A DNA stretch of 64,000 bases, from NCBI GenBank assembly GCA_002710785.1, contig PAMC01000016.1, forward strand, positions 13,435 to 77,434, written 5' to 3'. Of the stretch, positions 49,701 to 61,700 are shown piece by piece. The DNA comes from a bacterium. Its GTDB lineage: Bacteria > Patescibacteriota > Minisyncoccia > Phycocordibacterales > UBA918. How positions within the stretch are numbered: the stretch's first letter is position 1; each line of letters starts with the position of its first letter. The translations under genes were made by a program, and so were the position numbers. A model generated the notes under the pieces. The model made no database searches. It was not told where the DNA came from and worked only from the letters and a program-made list of their open reading frames with translations.

Positions 49701-52700
49701 AGTGTTGGTCATGAAGTAGAGCCCTGAGGAGATGAGGTCATCGCCAGAGGTCCACGTCCAGCCGGCAGATTGGAGCATTACGTTGCTGGTGGTGGTGTCT
49801 ACCGCCTGACCCAGCTGGCCCGAAGTTGTTGCTGCGGTACCAACCGCCGGGAGGAGAGTGCGGCCGTTGCCTGTTTCGTCGGTAATACTCACGGTTGGAT
49901 CCTCGTTGAAGTGGTACACCGCCTCGTAGTTATCCCACACCGCTTCTGAGCCGTAGCGATAAGTAGCGGCGTACGCTGAAGCCGTTGGATTGTTGTAGTG
50001 GATGTAGAAGGTAGTATCCTGCGCGGCACTCACGGCTGGGGCTAAGAAGTGGAGCTCACCGGTCTGGGTTGTAGTATTAATTTCGACCACATCAATCGGA
50101 AGTTCATTGGCGCCAGCTGTAGTTACCCGAATGTCAGCACCGTCACTTTTAACATTACTCCAGAAGTCACTGCCGAGACTGGCTAGATTGACGTAGACCG
50201 GATACTCAGTGAGCGTGCTCAGGGTGCTGCTAGCTGGAACAGTGAGCGTTAGTTGACTGTTCCAATCTGCACTGTAAACATTGGTGGCCGTGGTTGAGGC
50301 AAACGACACGCCGGTAAACACCGAAGATGGCTGCGCGTTCATGGTCGCTGCGTCAACCGTAATACCCGTGCGTCCAGCTGGTACCGCTATGTCAGTTTGT
50401 GTGAGCGTACTGATCGTGGTGCCATTGCGCAACTCAATACCTTCTGCACCCATCCCGCTAAAGTCTGCGTATTGACTCGCAAAGGTGGCATTTTCAAGAT
50501 TAAGTTGGTAGAGACCAAACAATACGGACACGGTGGTGGTGCTAGTCGCATCACCGAGGACCGATAACGTAGTACTGGTGCCGAAGGTGAGCTCAGAGCC
50601 ATTACCAATTTCTACCGTAACCGGCCGCTCATTACCGCCTGTAAGATCGGTACCATCAAAGTCGGTAGCATAACTCCAGTGTTCGGTACCACTCATACGC
50701 TGGTACTCACCATAGACGCGCAGCAAACCATTAGTGCCACCAAAGTCTGGGAGATACAGCGATGAGGTATCGAGAATGGTCGACGTAGCGATGGTTGAGT
50801 TCCAAATGACGATGTCGGAATCGTTAGATACCTGAATCGTGCCGTAGTCGTCACCGTCGTCGAGGCGGCCGGTAATTGTGTAGTCGCCACCAGTGAGAAC
50901 AATAGTACTGTCGGTCCAGGTAGTACTAGTACTAGCAAAACTATTTGTGAAGATGCCGCCAACGGTCATAACCGCGTCAGGGGCGAGTGTGAATTGTGTA
51001 CCGTTAACCAACCGTGCGTCATTAACAACATCAACATTGCCGCTCGGAGTCCAGTCACCACCCGCGGCATCAAAGACCAAGTTGTAGAAGCTGTTGTCTT
51101 CGATGCTGATGGTTTCGTTACCAGCTGAACTATCAAAGGTGGTGGTAGCGGTATTAGCATCAAAGAGACCGTCGAGGGTGGTCATTGAGCCACCAATGGT
51201 TAACGTGTCATTTGGCGCGATAAGCTCAGAACTCTGCACCACCACGTTACCGTCTATATCGGTAGTGGACTCTTTTAAGATAAAGCGCGGTACCGCGTCA
51301 GTGAAACTCTCACTGCTCGCAGCTACACCATAAAACGCTGTTGGTGTGTTGCCGTTGGTGTACTCAGCATCAATCCAGGCAGTAGATGGCGTGGTGCTGC
51401 TAAAGCGCAGCTCGTCAATCTGAATATCCATGTAGACAGTAGTCTGGTACGCACCAACCCGCAAGCCAGTATTCGAAGGATTCTCTCCATCGGCTGTCTG
51501 TGTCACCGAGTCACGAAGAATATTATCCTCGTAGATTTGGTTAGTCTCGCCAATCGCAGCACGACCGACGGTAGTAAAGTGGTGCCAAATAGTACTGTTG
51601 CGCGTGAAGCGGAAGTCGCTACCGGACGTCTCACCAAATCGGAAGTAGCCTCGATCGCCACTGTCATACCACGGTAGGTAGTGCAGGTAGGTATCCTCAC
51701 TACCGCCCACCGCTACACCAAACTGCCACAATGCACCCGTATCGACCGCCGACTGGAAGTACCAACCAGATGAAACCATGTCTTCTCCGGCTGGCCAGGT
51801 CCAACCGGCGTTCTCGAGTCGAACATTGCCGCTAGTGGTATCAAGGGCTGTGCCAAGAGTACCGGTCGTTGTGGCTGGTGTACCAATGGCTGGAGTAAGG
51901 TCGCGGCCGTTGCCTGTTTCGTCGGTAATACTGATAGTTGGATCCTCGTGGAAGTGGTACACCGCCTCGTAGTTATCCCACACCGCTTCTGAGCCGTAAG
52001 CACTATCGGAAGCCGGTGCAGTTGCGTCGGCGTTTGCAAAGTAGATGTAGAACGTCGTCGTTGCTGTATCACTGATACTATCGGCTAAGAAGTGGAGTTC
52101 GCCGGTCTCACCCACCGCATCAAACTCAACCACATCAACCGGCAACGCAACGAACCCACTGCCGTTTGCGACACGAATGTCAGCGCCATCGCTCGCCACT
52201 CCATTCCAAAAGTCGGAGCCAAGGGTACTGAGGTCAACGTAAACCGGGAAATCACTAAGTGAGGCCTCTACCGTGTTTGGTGCAATCGTGAGCGCTACCC
52301 GTTCGTTCCAGCCACTGCCATACCACGGCAAGCTGCTTAGGGTTCCAAACTGTACATCATTAAAGGCTGAGCCATTAGTGCGTACTTGTTCTTCGTTCGT
52401 CGAGCTAAAGAGGACCAAACCGCCATTGTTAGAGAACGAGCCACTGCCAGTTACCGTGAGCGTGTCGCCAATCGACAGATTGCCGCTTGGGAAGGTAACG
52501 GTACCGTCACTTATAGTTACTGCACCAGTAGCGGTGGCGTGCGTATCGGTAATACTCCAGCTGCCGCTGCCGTCAAAGGTGACATCATCTAAGATATTTA
52601 AGAAGGTGGTGCCGCCTAACGTAACCGTTTCTGCTGCACTACTTGTAAACTCGAGCTCAGCGTTGTTGTGCATGAACGTGCCTTGGTTGAGGAACGACCC

Positions 52701-55700
52701 ACCAACAGTTAGTTTTGTCGTTGGGAAGGTAACGGTACCAGTTGCAACAGTGAAGTCATCATCAACCGTAACTGCCGCGTCACTAAAGTACGGGGTAGTA
52801 GTTGCGTCATTGAGTGTCAGGGCGTAAAACGCTGAGCCACCGGTGGTAATTTGGTGCGACGGCGCATCAGGGATAATGTCCGGCACGTACGTCTCAACGC
52901 TTGAGGTAGCGTAAAACGCTGTCGGGTCACTCTGGTTACTGTACTCAGCACTAACCCAGTCGGCGCCGCGTGTGCTCTGCGCAAAGCGAAGCTCGTCCAT
53001 TTCACCCTCCCACGAACCAGCGGTGGTGTAGCGACCGAGCTGAAGCGCTCCGCCAGATGGATCGGCAGCAGTTTGTGTCGGGTTATCACGCACAATGTCG
53101 TTGATGTAAGTAATCACCTGCTCGCTCGTGCTGGTTGGGCCAACAGTTGTGAAGTGTTGCCAGTTCACGGTGTCACGTGGCGTAAAGTCAAAGGTAAACG
53201 CGCCAGCCGTCGAGCCGAAACGGTGGTAGCCGCGCTGCGTGCCGCTGTACCACGGCATGAAGTTCATATCGGCGCCGGTACCCCACGACCACAATGCCTC
53301 GCTGCTCGCCGCGCTCAGCTTGTACCAACCCGACGACTCGAGACGATCGCCACTTGCCCAACTCCAGCTGTTGGTCAAGATACCGCTCGAACCGACGAGG
53401 GTAATGGCTGTGCCGAGTTGGCCGGTTGAGGTGGCGATATCCGCTCCCGTGATAGTAAGATCGTACCCATTGGCAGTAGCATCAGGCACAATAGTATTTA
53501 CGCCAGTCGTCGCCACTTCAAAGTGGTACACCGCATCAAAATCTACCCATACCGCCTCACTGCCGTAGGTACTAAACGATGCCGGCATACTGGCACTTGG
53601 ATTATTGAAGTAGAGGTAGAACGTGGTGTCGCCAGTACTGCTTGCAGATGGGGCCAAGAAGTGCAACTCACCTGTCTGCGTGTTGGAGTTAATGCTTACG
53701 ACCTCAACCGCAATTTCTGTCTGGCCGTCATCGGTAGTCATGCGAATGTCGCCACCATCGCTTTTAACTGCTCCCCAGAAGCTGCTGCCGAGCGTGCTTA
53801 AGTCAACGTAGACAGGGAAATTCGTGAGACTCGAATCAATCTCACTGGCCTGTAGCGCAATTGGTAGTCGCTGGGTGAAGTCAGTGTCACTGTACCAATC
53901 ACTTGAGCCTGGGATAATACCTGGGTACGTACGATCATCAGGTACGATCTCAACTTCACTGGTACCGGCGATAAACGAACCGCTATTTGTCCAATCACCA
54001 CCAACCTGAATCAGGGTATCGCTACCACCGTTGAGTGTGTCGTTAGCACCGATGTTGACGTCGTACGCAGCAGCTGCCGTATCGACTACAATCGTCTTGC
54101 TTGCCCCATCAACGACCACAATGCCAATATTTTGCAACGAAGTTGAAGCATTGAGATCTTGCCATATCGAACTGCCGCTACCGTCAAACGTAGTGGTACC
54201 AACACCACTCCACTGTGCACCCGCGTAGGTGCGCACATCACCAGCTACTGCAATGCTGCTCGTGCCTCGATTAAATGTACCGGCGGCAACAATGAGGTTG
54301 CCTGAGAGATCAAGGTCAGCGCTAATGTCCCACTGCGCCACACTGGTTGAAGTGCCGAAGGTGAGGCTGTTAAAGGCCAGTGGGTCGGATGGGTCAATAA
54401 TGGTTTCGGTACCAACAAGTGCGTTAAAGGCCACCGTCGCCGCTGCCACCGAGGTAGTGGCCGTGTTAATCCAGGAACCAGACACCTCAAGTGTGTTACT
54501 GTCGAGCGTCAGAGTGCCGTCATTAACAATGTCGTGAGTAGTAATAACTGCCGCAGTACTGCTCGACGGTCTAAACTCTTGGTTGGCCGCCACGTAGATA
54601 TTAAAATCACCACACGTACCCACTGCACAAACGTCGAGATTATTAGCCAGATCGACGTTGAAGAAGATATCCTCGTTGGCGGAGATACTATTGTCGTAGA
54701 GCGCTAAACCAGACACATCAACGGTTCCTGTCTCATCGGCATCAAACGCGAGATGGCCCTCATAAAGCGTCACACCAGTGATGTCACCCAAGCCGTCGTA
54801 GACAAAGGCAGTAACCGCCTCGTCTGGATCAGCTGCACCATCGACCCATACCTGCACCGTCTGGCCGGCAAACGCGGTCACGTTTGGCAAGCTCCAGGTG
54901 CCACTAGCGATGGTGCCGGTAGCGCTTAAGAGCACACCGTTAACTGCTGCGCGGACGGTACCACTCGCTACCGGAGTGATCCGGTCGTTCTCAAAAATGT
55001 TGCCGCTCATGGTCACACCCTCACTCCACTCTACTTGCCAGTCCTGCACCTCAGGGCAGTTACCGCCGCCACAAGTAAGCGTCGCGTACGGTCGAATAGT
55101 GTCGTAAATATTGATGTCGACGTTGGTAAGGTCGATTGGGCCTGTTGTCGTACCAACCGAGTTACCGGGGATAGCGCTGTCCGGAATGAGTGCCCAAGTG
55201 TCGGCACTGACCTGGTACTGCAGCTGATACACGATATCACTCGTAGCTGGTGTGCTGTCAGTCCAATCAAAATTCTCAAACTTTGGTCCCGCGCCGTCAC
55301 TAAAGATAACCGGCTCACCGGCAATGGTACCTGAGAGCGTGCCCGCGTTAGCGCGCGTTAAGAGCCCTGAGCTCGCCTCAAACGCGATTACCGAAACGAT
55401 CTCCTGCGTGTGTCCGTTGGCACCTAAACCGTCCTCCATGAGACTCAGGAAAATCTGGCTAGCGTTATTGGTACCGGAAGTATCTTTTATACCGAAACCG
55501 CCGTCGCCGCCGTCTTCCGCGTTGTTATGGACGAGCGTCACCTGTGGTGTGCTGCCAAAGCCGGTTTGGAAGCTTTGATTGTGTCCACCCTGACCTTGTG
55601 TATCATCAACGGAATCGCTCGAGTTAAAGGCTTCGAAGTCTGCGCCGTTGATGGTGCCGTCAGCAACATCCATAATGACGTAGTCGACGTCTTCAGCGCC

Positions 55701-58700
55701 GTGGCTCGTTACGCCATCGTAACTAGCGTTGAGGGCAATCTGCATTCCGTCCTCTTCGATCTCATCGTCGCGAGGGCCGTTGCCGTTACCGTTGGTATTA
55801 ACGTTACCGTCGATGTGGGTACCGATCCAATCAGAGTCGTTGTTGGATGCCACAGTTGCGATGCCGACCGGTGGGTTAATGAATGGGTTGCTGGAGTAAT
55901 CGATCTCAGTACCGATGTCATTCTGGAATGGACGCGCCTGCACGGCTGACACATTAGCGGCCGTGCCAGCAATCACTTGTATACCCGACCCACCCTCGTC
56001 CAGGGTCCACGTACCAGCTTCCATTACAATATAGTCAACATCGGTACTGCCGGTAAAGGCATTGGTGTAATCGTCAACTTTAATTTCGAAGGTGTTTGCG
56101 GTCTTGTTGCGGACTCGGGCGTTGCGGTTGTTACCGTAGGAACTACCGTCATACTCTGGCGAGGCTACTACCACCATGTTCTGGTAGCTACGCAAGGTAG
56201 TCACCTCCGTCCAGTTATTATCGGTGAGGCTGACGGTACCGTACTCGCCAAACTCTGGTGATACCGTCACCGCACCACTGGTCGCGACGGTACCGTCAAG
56301 TGTTCCCTGTTCAAACTGCTCATCCGTTGTCTGGAACCAGGTCGAGACGGTAACGCTGGTGTCAATCGTAAACGCGTCTGCTTCAGACCACGGAGACCAG
56401 GCATCGCCGCCATTAGGGTCCTTCGCTCGAGTGCGCCACCAGTACGTGGTGCCGTTCACGAAAGCTTCTCCCGCTTGTTTGGTGTAGGTAATCGTGTCAC
56501 CTGATGTAAACGGATTGGTATCGCCACCATCGCTTAAGTTTGCAAAGCCAGGGCTGGTGCTCGAATTGTAGGTTGAAGAACTGGTTTCAAACGTACGGTC
56601 AGTACTAAAAGAGATTTCATACTCTAGATCATCGCCCTGCGGATCGCTCGAGATAAAGTCAAACGTTGGCAATGTCTCGGCAGTTTTTTGGTTATCAAAC
56701 AGATCACCCAAGACCGGCGTTTCAACGCGCAGCGCCCAACGCACACCCCACTCTTCAAGCGAGAGCGTGCTACCGGCAAAATTGGCCACTAACCGCAATT
56801 CATTATAGGTGCTAGTATCGAGCGCCAAAATATCAATCGGGCTCGTGGTAGTTCCAGCCGAGTTGCCTTCGATGAGGTTGTTTGGCACCAACGTCCAAGT
56901 CCCATTATTGTTGTACTCAACCTGAATGGTTATGGTGCCCGCGGTTTCAGTATCACTCCAGAACACCTCTCCCCACGCGTTGCCAATGAGCGCGTCATCA
57001 AAGTCGATTTCGGTGCCGGTAATAGTGCCGGTCGCTCCCGTCACTGCGCCGGTAGTGGTACTCAGTCCAGCCGTCAACGTGTCGGTTGAGAATTGATCAC
57101 CAGTGGTCTGGTACCACTCGGTCACCGTTAAGGTCGGGTTTGTGGTGAAGCTATACGGAGTTGACCAGGCGCTGCTGGTTGCTGAGCCGTCTGGATCACT
57201 GGCGCGAACTCGCCACCAGTACGTTGTGCTACTGGCCAACGTCGTCGGCGTTGTAAAGCGGACTGTTGCTCCACTCACAAACGGGGCTTTGTCACTCGCA
57301 TCCGCAACGTTTTCAAAGTCAAGGAAGCTGTCGGCTGAGTTAACATCCACCACCGGCGACGGGAAAGCTGGGTCCGTGTCAATTTGTACTTGGTAGTCAA
57401 TCTCGTCACCAGCGTTGTCGGTAGTCACAAACGTCAGCTGGGTGTCGAGGTCAGCGATGTGGGCATTATCAAAATACGAAATGAGCTGCGGTACGTTTGG
57501 CGGACCGGCTGTCTCAAGTTGCGGATAGAGCGTGTAAGTTTGCAGCTCCCCTCCGGTGGCTCGTACCATCCGGAAGCAGTAGTTGGTATTGATGCCAACA
57601 TCCACTGCCGTGATAACCCAATCAAACTCCACCACCTCACCGACGCCTACGTCATTTGGTAGCACGTTTGAGAGATTTCGTTCTTCGTAGGTACCGAGCA
57701 CCGTTGAATCGGTAAGCGTGGTGGTTGCCAAGGTGGTACCGTCGCCAACGCTGGCATTATTAAAACCAGCAAAAGCTGCGGTGGTACTGCTCTGCTCGGC
57801 CAGATCAAGCCACTCAGTAATGAGCGAGCACTGATCTTGAGTGGCGGTGCCGTACTGTAGCTTAAATGCCAACGAGTCTTCAGTACCGGTCGCATTGCTC
57901 GCAGCTAAGTTCATGCGCAGCCGCAAGATATCTCCGTTGTCGACTGCCCCTGCACCTCGAATATCCTCGCCTTCACTCACGAATTCACCGCTACCAATCG
58001 ACCAGGTACTCGTTGGGGTCGAAACGTCCTCGTTTTGGTACCACGCAAATGAGCGCTGCTCGTAGCGGGCGTCATTAGCCAACTCTTGAGCCCCAAATGA
58101 GGCACCAAAGACGTTTCCGTACTTCCTCGCCTGCACAGTGCCGGTGACGTTGGTTTCTTCACTATCAACAGACACGTCTTCGTAGATGACGTAAATTGGC
58201 ACTCCATTGGTTGAAACTACCGTATGTCCTTCGGTGTACGTAACGTTACTGTTCGTACCTGAATCGCCAAAGTGTATGGTGCCTGGATAGTCACCGCCAG
58301 CCCCACACGAACCTGATGTCACCGTAGTACCAGCCGGACTGATAATCTCGATTGTCGCGGTACCAAATCGTGGGCTACAGGCTACCGCCACAAATTGGGC
58401 ATCGTTGGTAAGCGCAAATTCAGTACCAAACTCCCGCTCCGACCAGAACGCGACCGATTCACGGCCGTCAGAGTCGGCTTGCTGGATTGCTGCAATCGGC
58501 TCACTTTGAGCAACTAACCGGACCGAATCGCCGTCAAACTGAGCCGCCGCTGTACAGCCATCAACCACTTGACGGTCACCGCGCGTCAGTGGCTCAGTGC
58601 CTGAGGTTGTATCGTCGCTACAGTAGTAATCGGCGTTGGTTGTACCAGTACCACCGGCGAATACATAGTTTGAGTCATGACCATAAATTGGTTCCATGGT

Positions 58701-61700
58701 TGGTGGGTAGAGTGCATACCCGTCACCTGGTGACGTTGACCGGTGAAACGCGAGTACGGGACTGGTCGCCTCAATCATTACACCGTCACCATCGTTGGCG
58801 TTACCGGAGTTTGACGGGTCAGCCGTAAAAGTTGCAACCGCGCTCGTTGCTATACTTTGCGTTTGGTTGGCGGTGCCCGACGAGCCAATAAACGTACTTA
58901 CCGAAGTGCTGGCAAATGGTGCGTACACGTACCAGCGGTTCGTGTCGCGGTTGGTGGCGCCAATGTGGGTAGTCGTTGCAAACGAAATCGGCACGAGTGT
59001 ATCGCTGTTGCCATTACTGGTGTGTGAGACCGTTGAAGAAATCGGGCCATTCGCACTAATAACCGACGTGCCGGTAAACGTGCTAAAAACCGTGCGGTCG
59101 CCTGCGTCGAGTGTAACGGTACTACCGCCATCAATACTTACCTCGTTATTGTCAATCAAACTAATGACCGAGATATCATCGGCCCCGCTATTATCAACGA
59201 CGTAGTAAAGGTCTTGTGGAGTATCGTAGCTAAAGGTGGCCAACTCATCGCTCGCACTAGTCACGCTCGATGCGCCGTAGTAGAGCCAGATGGTGGTTTT
59301 TGCTCCTGCTGGCAACGATTCTACCTGCACCCACACGTCACTCTCTTGGCCGGAGTAGTCGTAGTGCTGGAGCCAGAAGTCAAGCTCAACAAAGTCTGTT
59401 ACCGTGAGCGCTTCTGCACTAGATGTGGCAAGCCAGCCTGCGTTATCACTCATGCTGTCGTAGATGACACTCGCCCACTCTGGAGTGCGTACCACGTCGG
59501 AGATGCGGAACGAGTCGAGCTGTCCCTCAAAGTTCTCAGCAGTACTAAAGTTACCACCGACAATGTCTTGGTCTTGTCCAATTAAAAGACCGCCGCTGTC
59601 GATACTTGTCGTGGCTATGACCGGACTGGCTGTAATCGGACTTTGCGCATCGCGCAGGCCATTGCGGATAACCGACTTCTCTTGGTTGTCCATATCACGA
59701 ATGGTCATGTAGTACTGCCAGTTGCCATCGTTGTACGTAGCCCCATTGTCGAGCGTCGCAGTTTCTTGGCCACCTTGCGAGTACAAACGAAGTAACGTGT
59801 TATTGTCGAGTCGATCCCAGTATTCGTTGGCTTGTCCGCTGTTGGCACCACTGAGGAGCGTCATGTCACTAATGTTGCTGCTCTCGTGCCACCAAGAGGT
59901 ACTGATGTTGGTGAGACCGTCGATGACTTCTTTTGGCAGACGGATGTAGTCAGTCTGATCGTCGCCAAACTCTTGCCCAGCCCCAAAGAGACCGGTCTTA
60001 TCGTCAGATGTGTTGTAGTCGTCAGCGTGGTACTCGTTAGCGGTCGAGTCGAGGTAGAGATTGTTGTTACCGGTACCAGCTGCATCTTCCTCAAGGTGGT
60101 AGACCGCGCGGTAGTTGTTCGTCCACACGTTCTCTGAGCCATACGTATCATCGCGGGCGTAGGCAGTGGCGTCCGGGTTATTAAAGTAGATGTAGTAGTT
60201 AGTATCGGCAGCCGCGGTGAGATTGGTCTTAAAGTAAAGCTCACCCGTGTTCGCGCCAGTATCAATTGCTACCAGTTCGTACGGGTACTCAGTCTGACCA
60301 TCTTCGCTAATCACGCGGATATCGCGACCGTCGGTTGCAACGTCGTTGAAGAAGGCGCTGCCGAGAATGCTCAAGTCGACGTAGACTGGGAAGTCGGTTA
60401 GATTCTCGCTGGCTGGTACGGTAATGCGCTGACGGTTGTTCCAACTTGTGTTGAACCAGCCCGGAAGCGATGTGCCACCAGCTAGCAGTGTGCTGCTCGT
60501 CGCGTAGAACGTAGTTGGATTGCGGTGGTTTGTTGCCTCGGCGGCGGTCCAGCCGTCGGTTCGCAAGTCGTCGCGCGTGGTAAAGCGCAGTTCGTCGATG
60601 TAGCCGTTATACGAGCCACCAGTCGTGTAGCGACCGACCTGCAGATTGTTCAAGTTGTATGGGTCGGCGATGTCTTGCAGTGCTGTCAACTGCTCAACGC
60701 CGTCTTCGTAGATCACGTGCCGACCGCCAATAGTGGTCTCACTCACTGTCGTAAAGTGTGTCCAAGCGTTAACAATTCCAGTGCGGTCCCAAATAGCATT
60801 TGAGGTTTGACCGAAGTAGAGGTACCCCCGGCCAGTTGCTGTGCCGTTGTTGTACCACGGCATGTACGACATCCAGTTAGGGTTGTTGTTTGTACCCCAC
60901 TGCCAAATCGCTTCCGCGCTGGCTGCTCCCTGCTGGTAAAGCCCGCTCGAGACGAGGTCCGTGCTCGACGCCCAGTTCCAGCCCGTTGCGGTAAGGTGGC
61001 CGCTGCTGGTAACGGTAAGGTCGAGTGCGCTACCCATGGCCCCGGTGGTGGTGGCAACGTTGGCGGTAGTAATAGTAAGGTCACGACCGTTACCCGTTTG
61101 GTCGGTGTAGGTGTCTCCGGTAGTGGTGGCGTTGTCACTAAAGTGGTACACCGCCTCAAAATCAGCCCAAACAGCGTTTCGACCGAGCGGATCACTCACT
61201 GCACGGGCGGTAGCATTTGCGTTGCCGGTGTAGATATGAAAAACCGTATCTTGGGCACCCGAAATGTAGTCGGCCAAGAAGTGCAATTCACCCGTTCGGG
61301 TGTTGGTATTAATTTCCACCACTGAGAGTGGGAGCTCGGTTACACCATCTGCTTTAGTAATACGAATGTCTCCACCATCGCTGCGTACTGTGTTCCAGAA
61401 GTCTGCGCCTAGTGTTGAGAGGTCAACAAACACTGGGTAACTGCTTAGGGCACCAGGTACTGCGCTCGCTTGCACAATGAGCGCGGTGCGTTCGCTCCAC
61501 GCTGGGTCATACGGATTTTCAAACTGCGTGGTAGTGGACTGGTAGAGATTGCCGCTGGTAATTTCTTGGACAAAACGAATGTCAGACCCATCGCTCTGCA
61601 CGTTGCTCCAGAAGTCACTTAAAGCGCTATCAAGTTGTAAGAATACCTGATGCTCAGTCAAATCGGTGGTGCCGCTGGTGTTATCAATCTCAATTGGAAT

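Noticed and set aside
49861-51998. DGR template/variable repeat pair
   Set aside because: Mismatches are not adenine-specific, both copies are coding, and no reverse transcriptase is in the window
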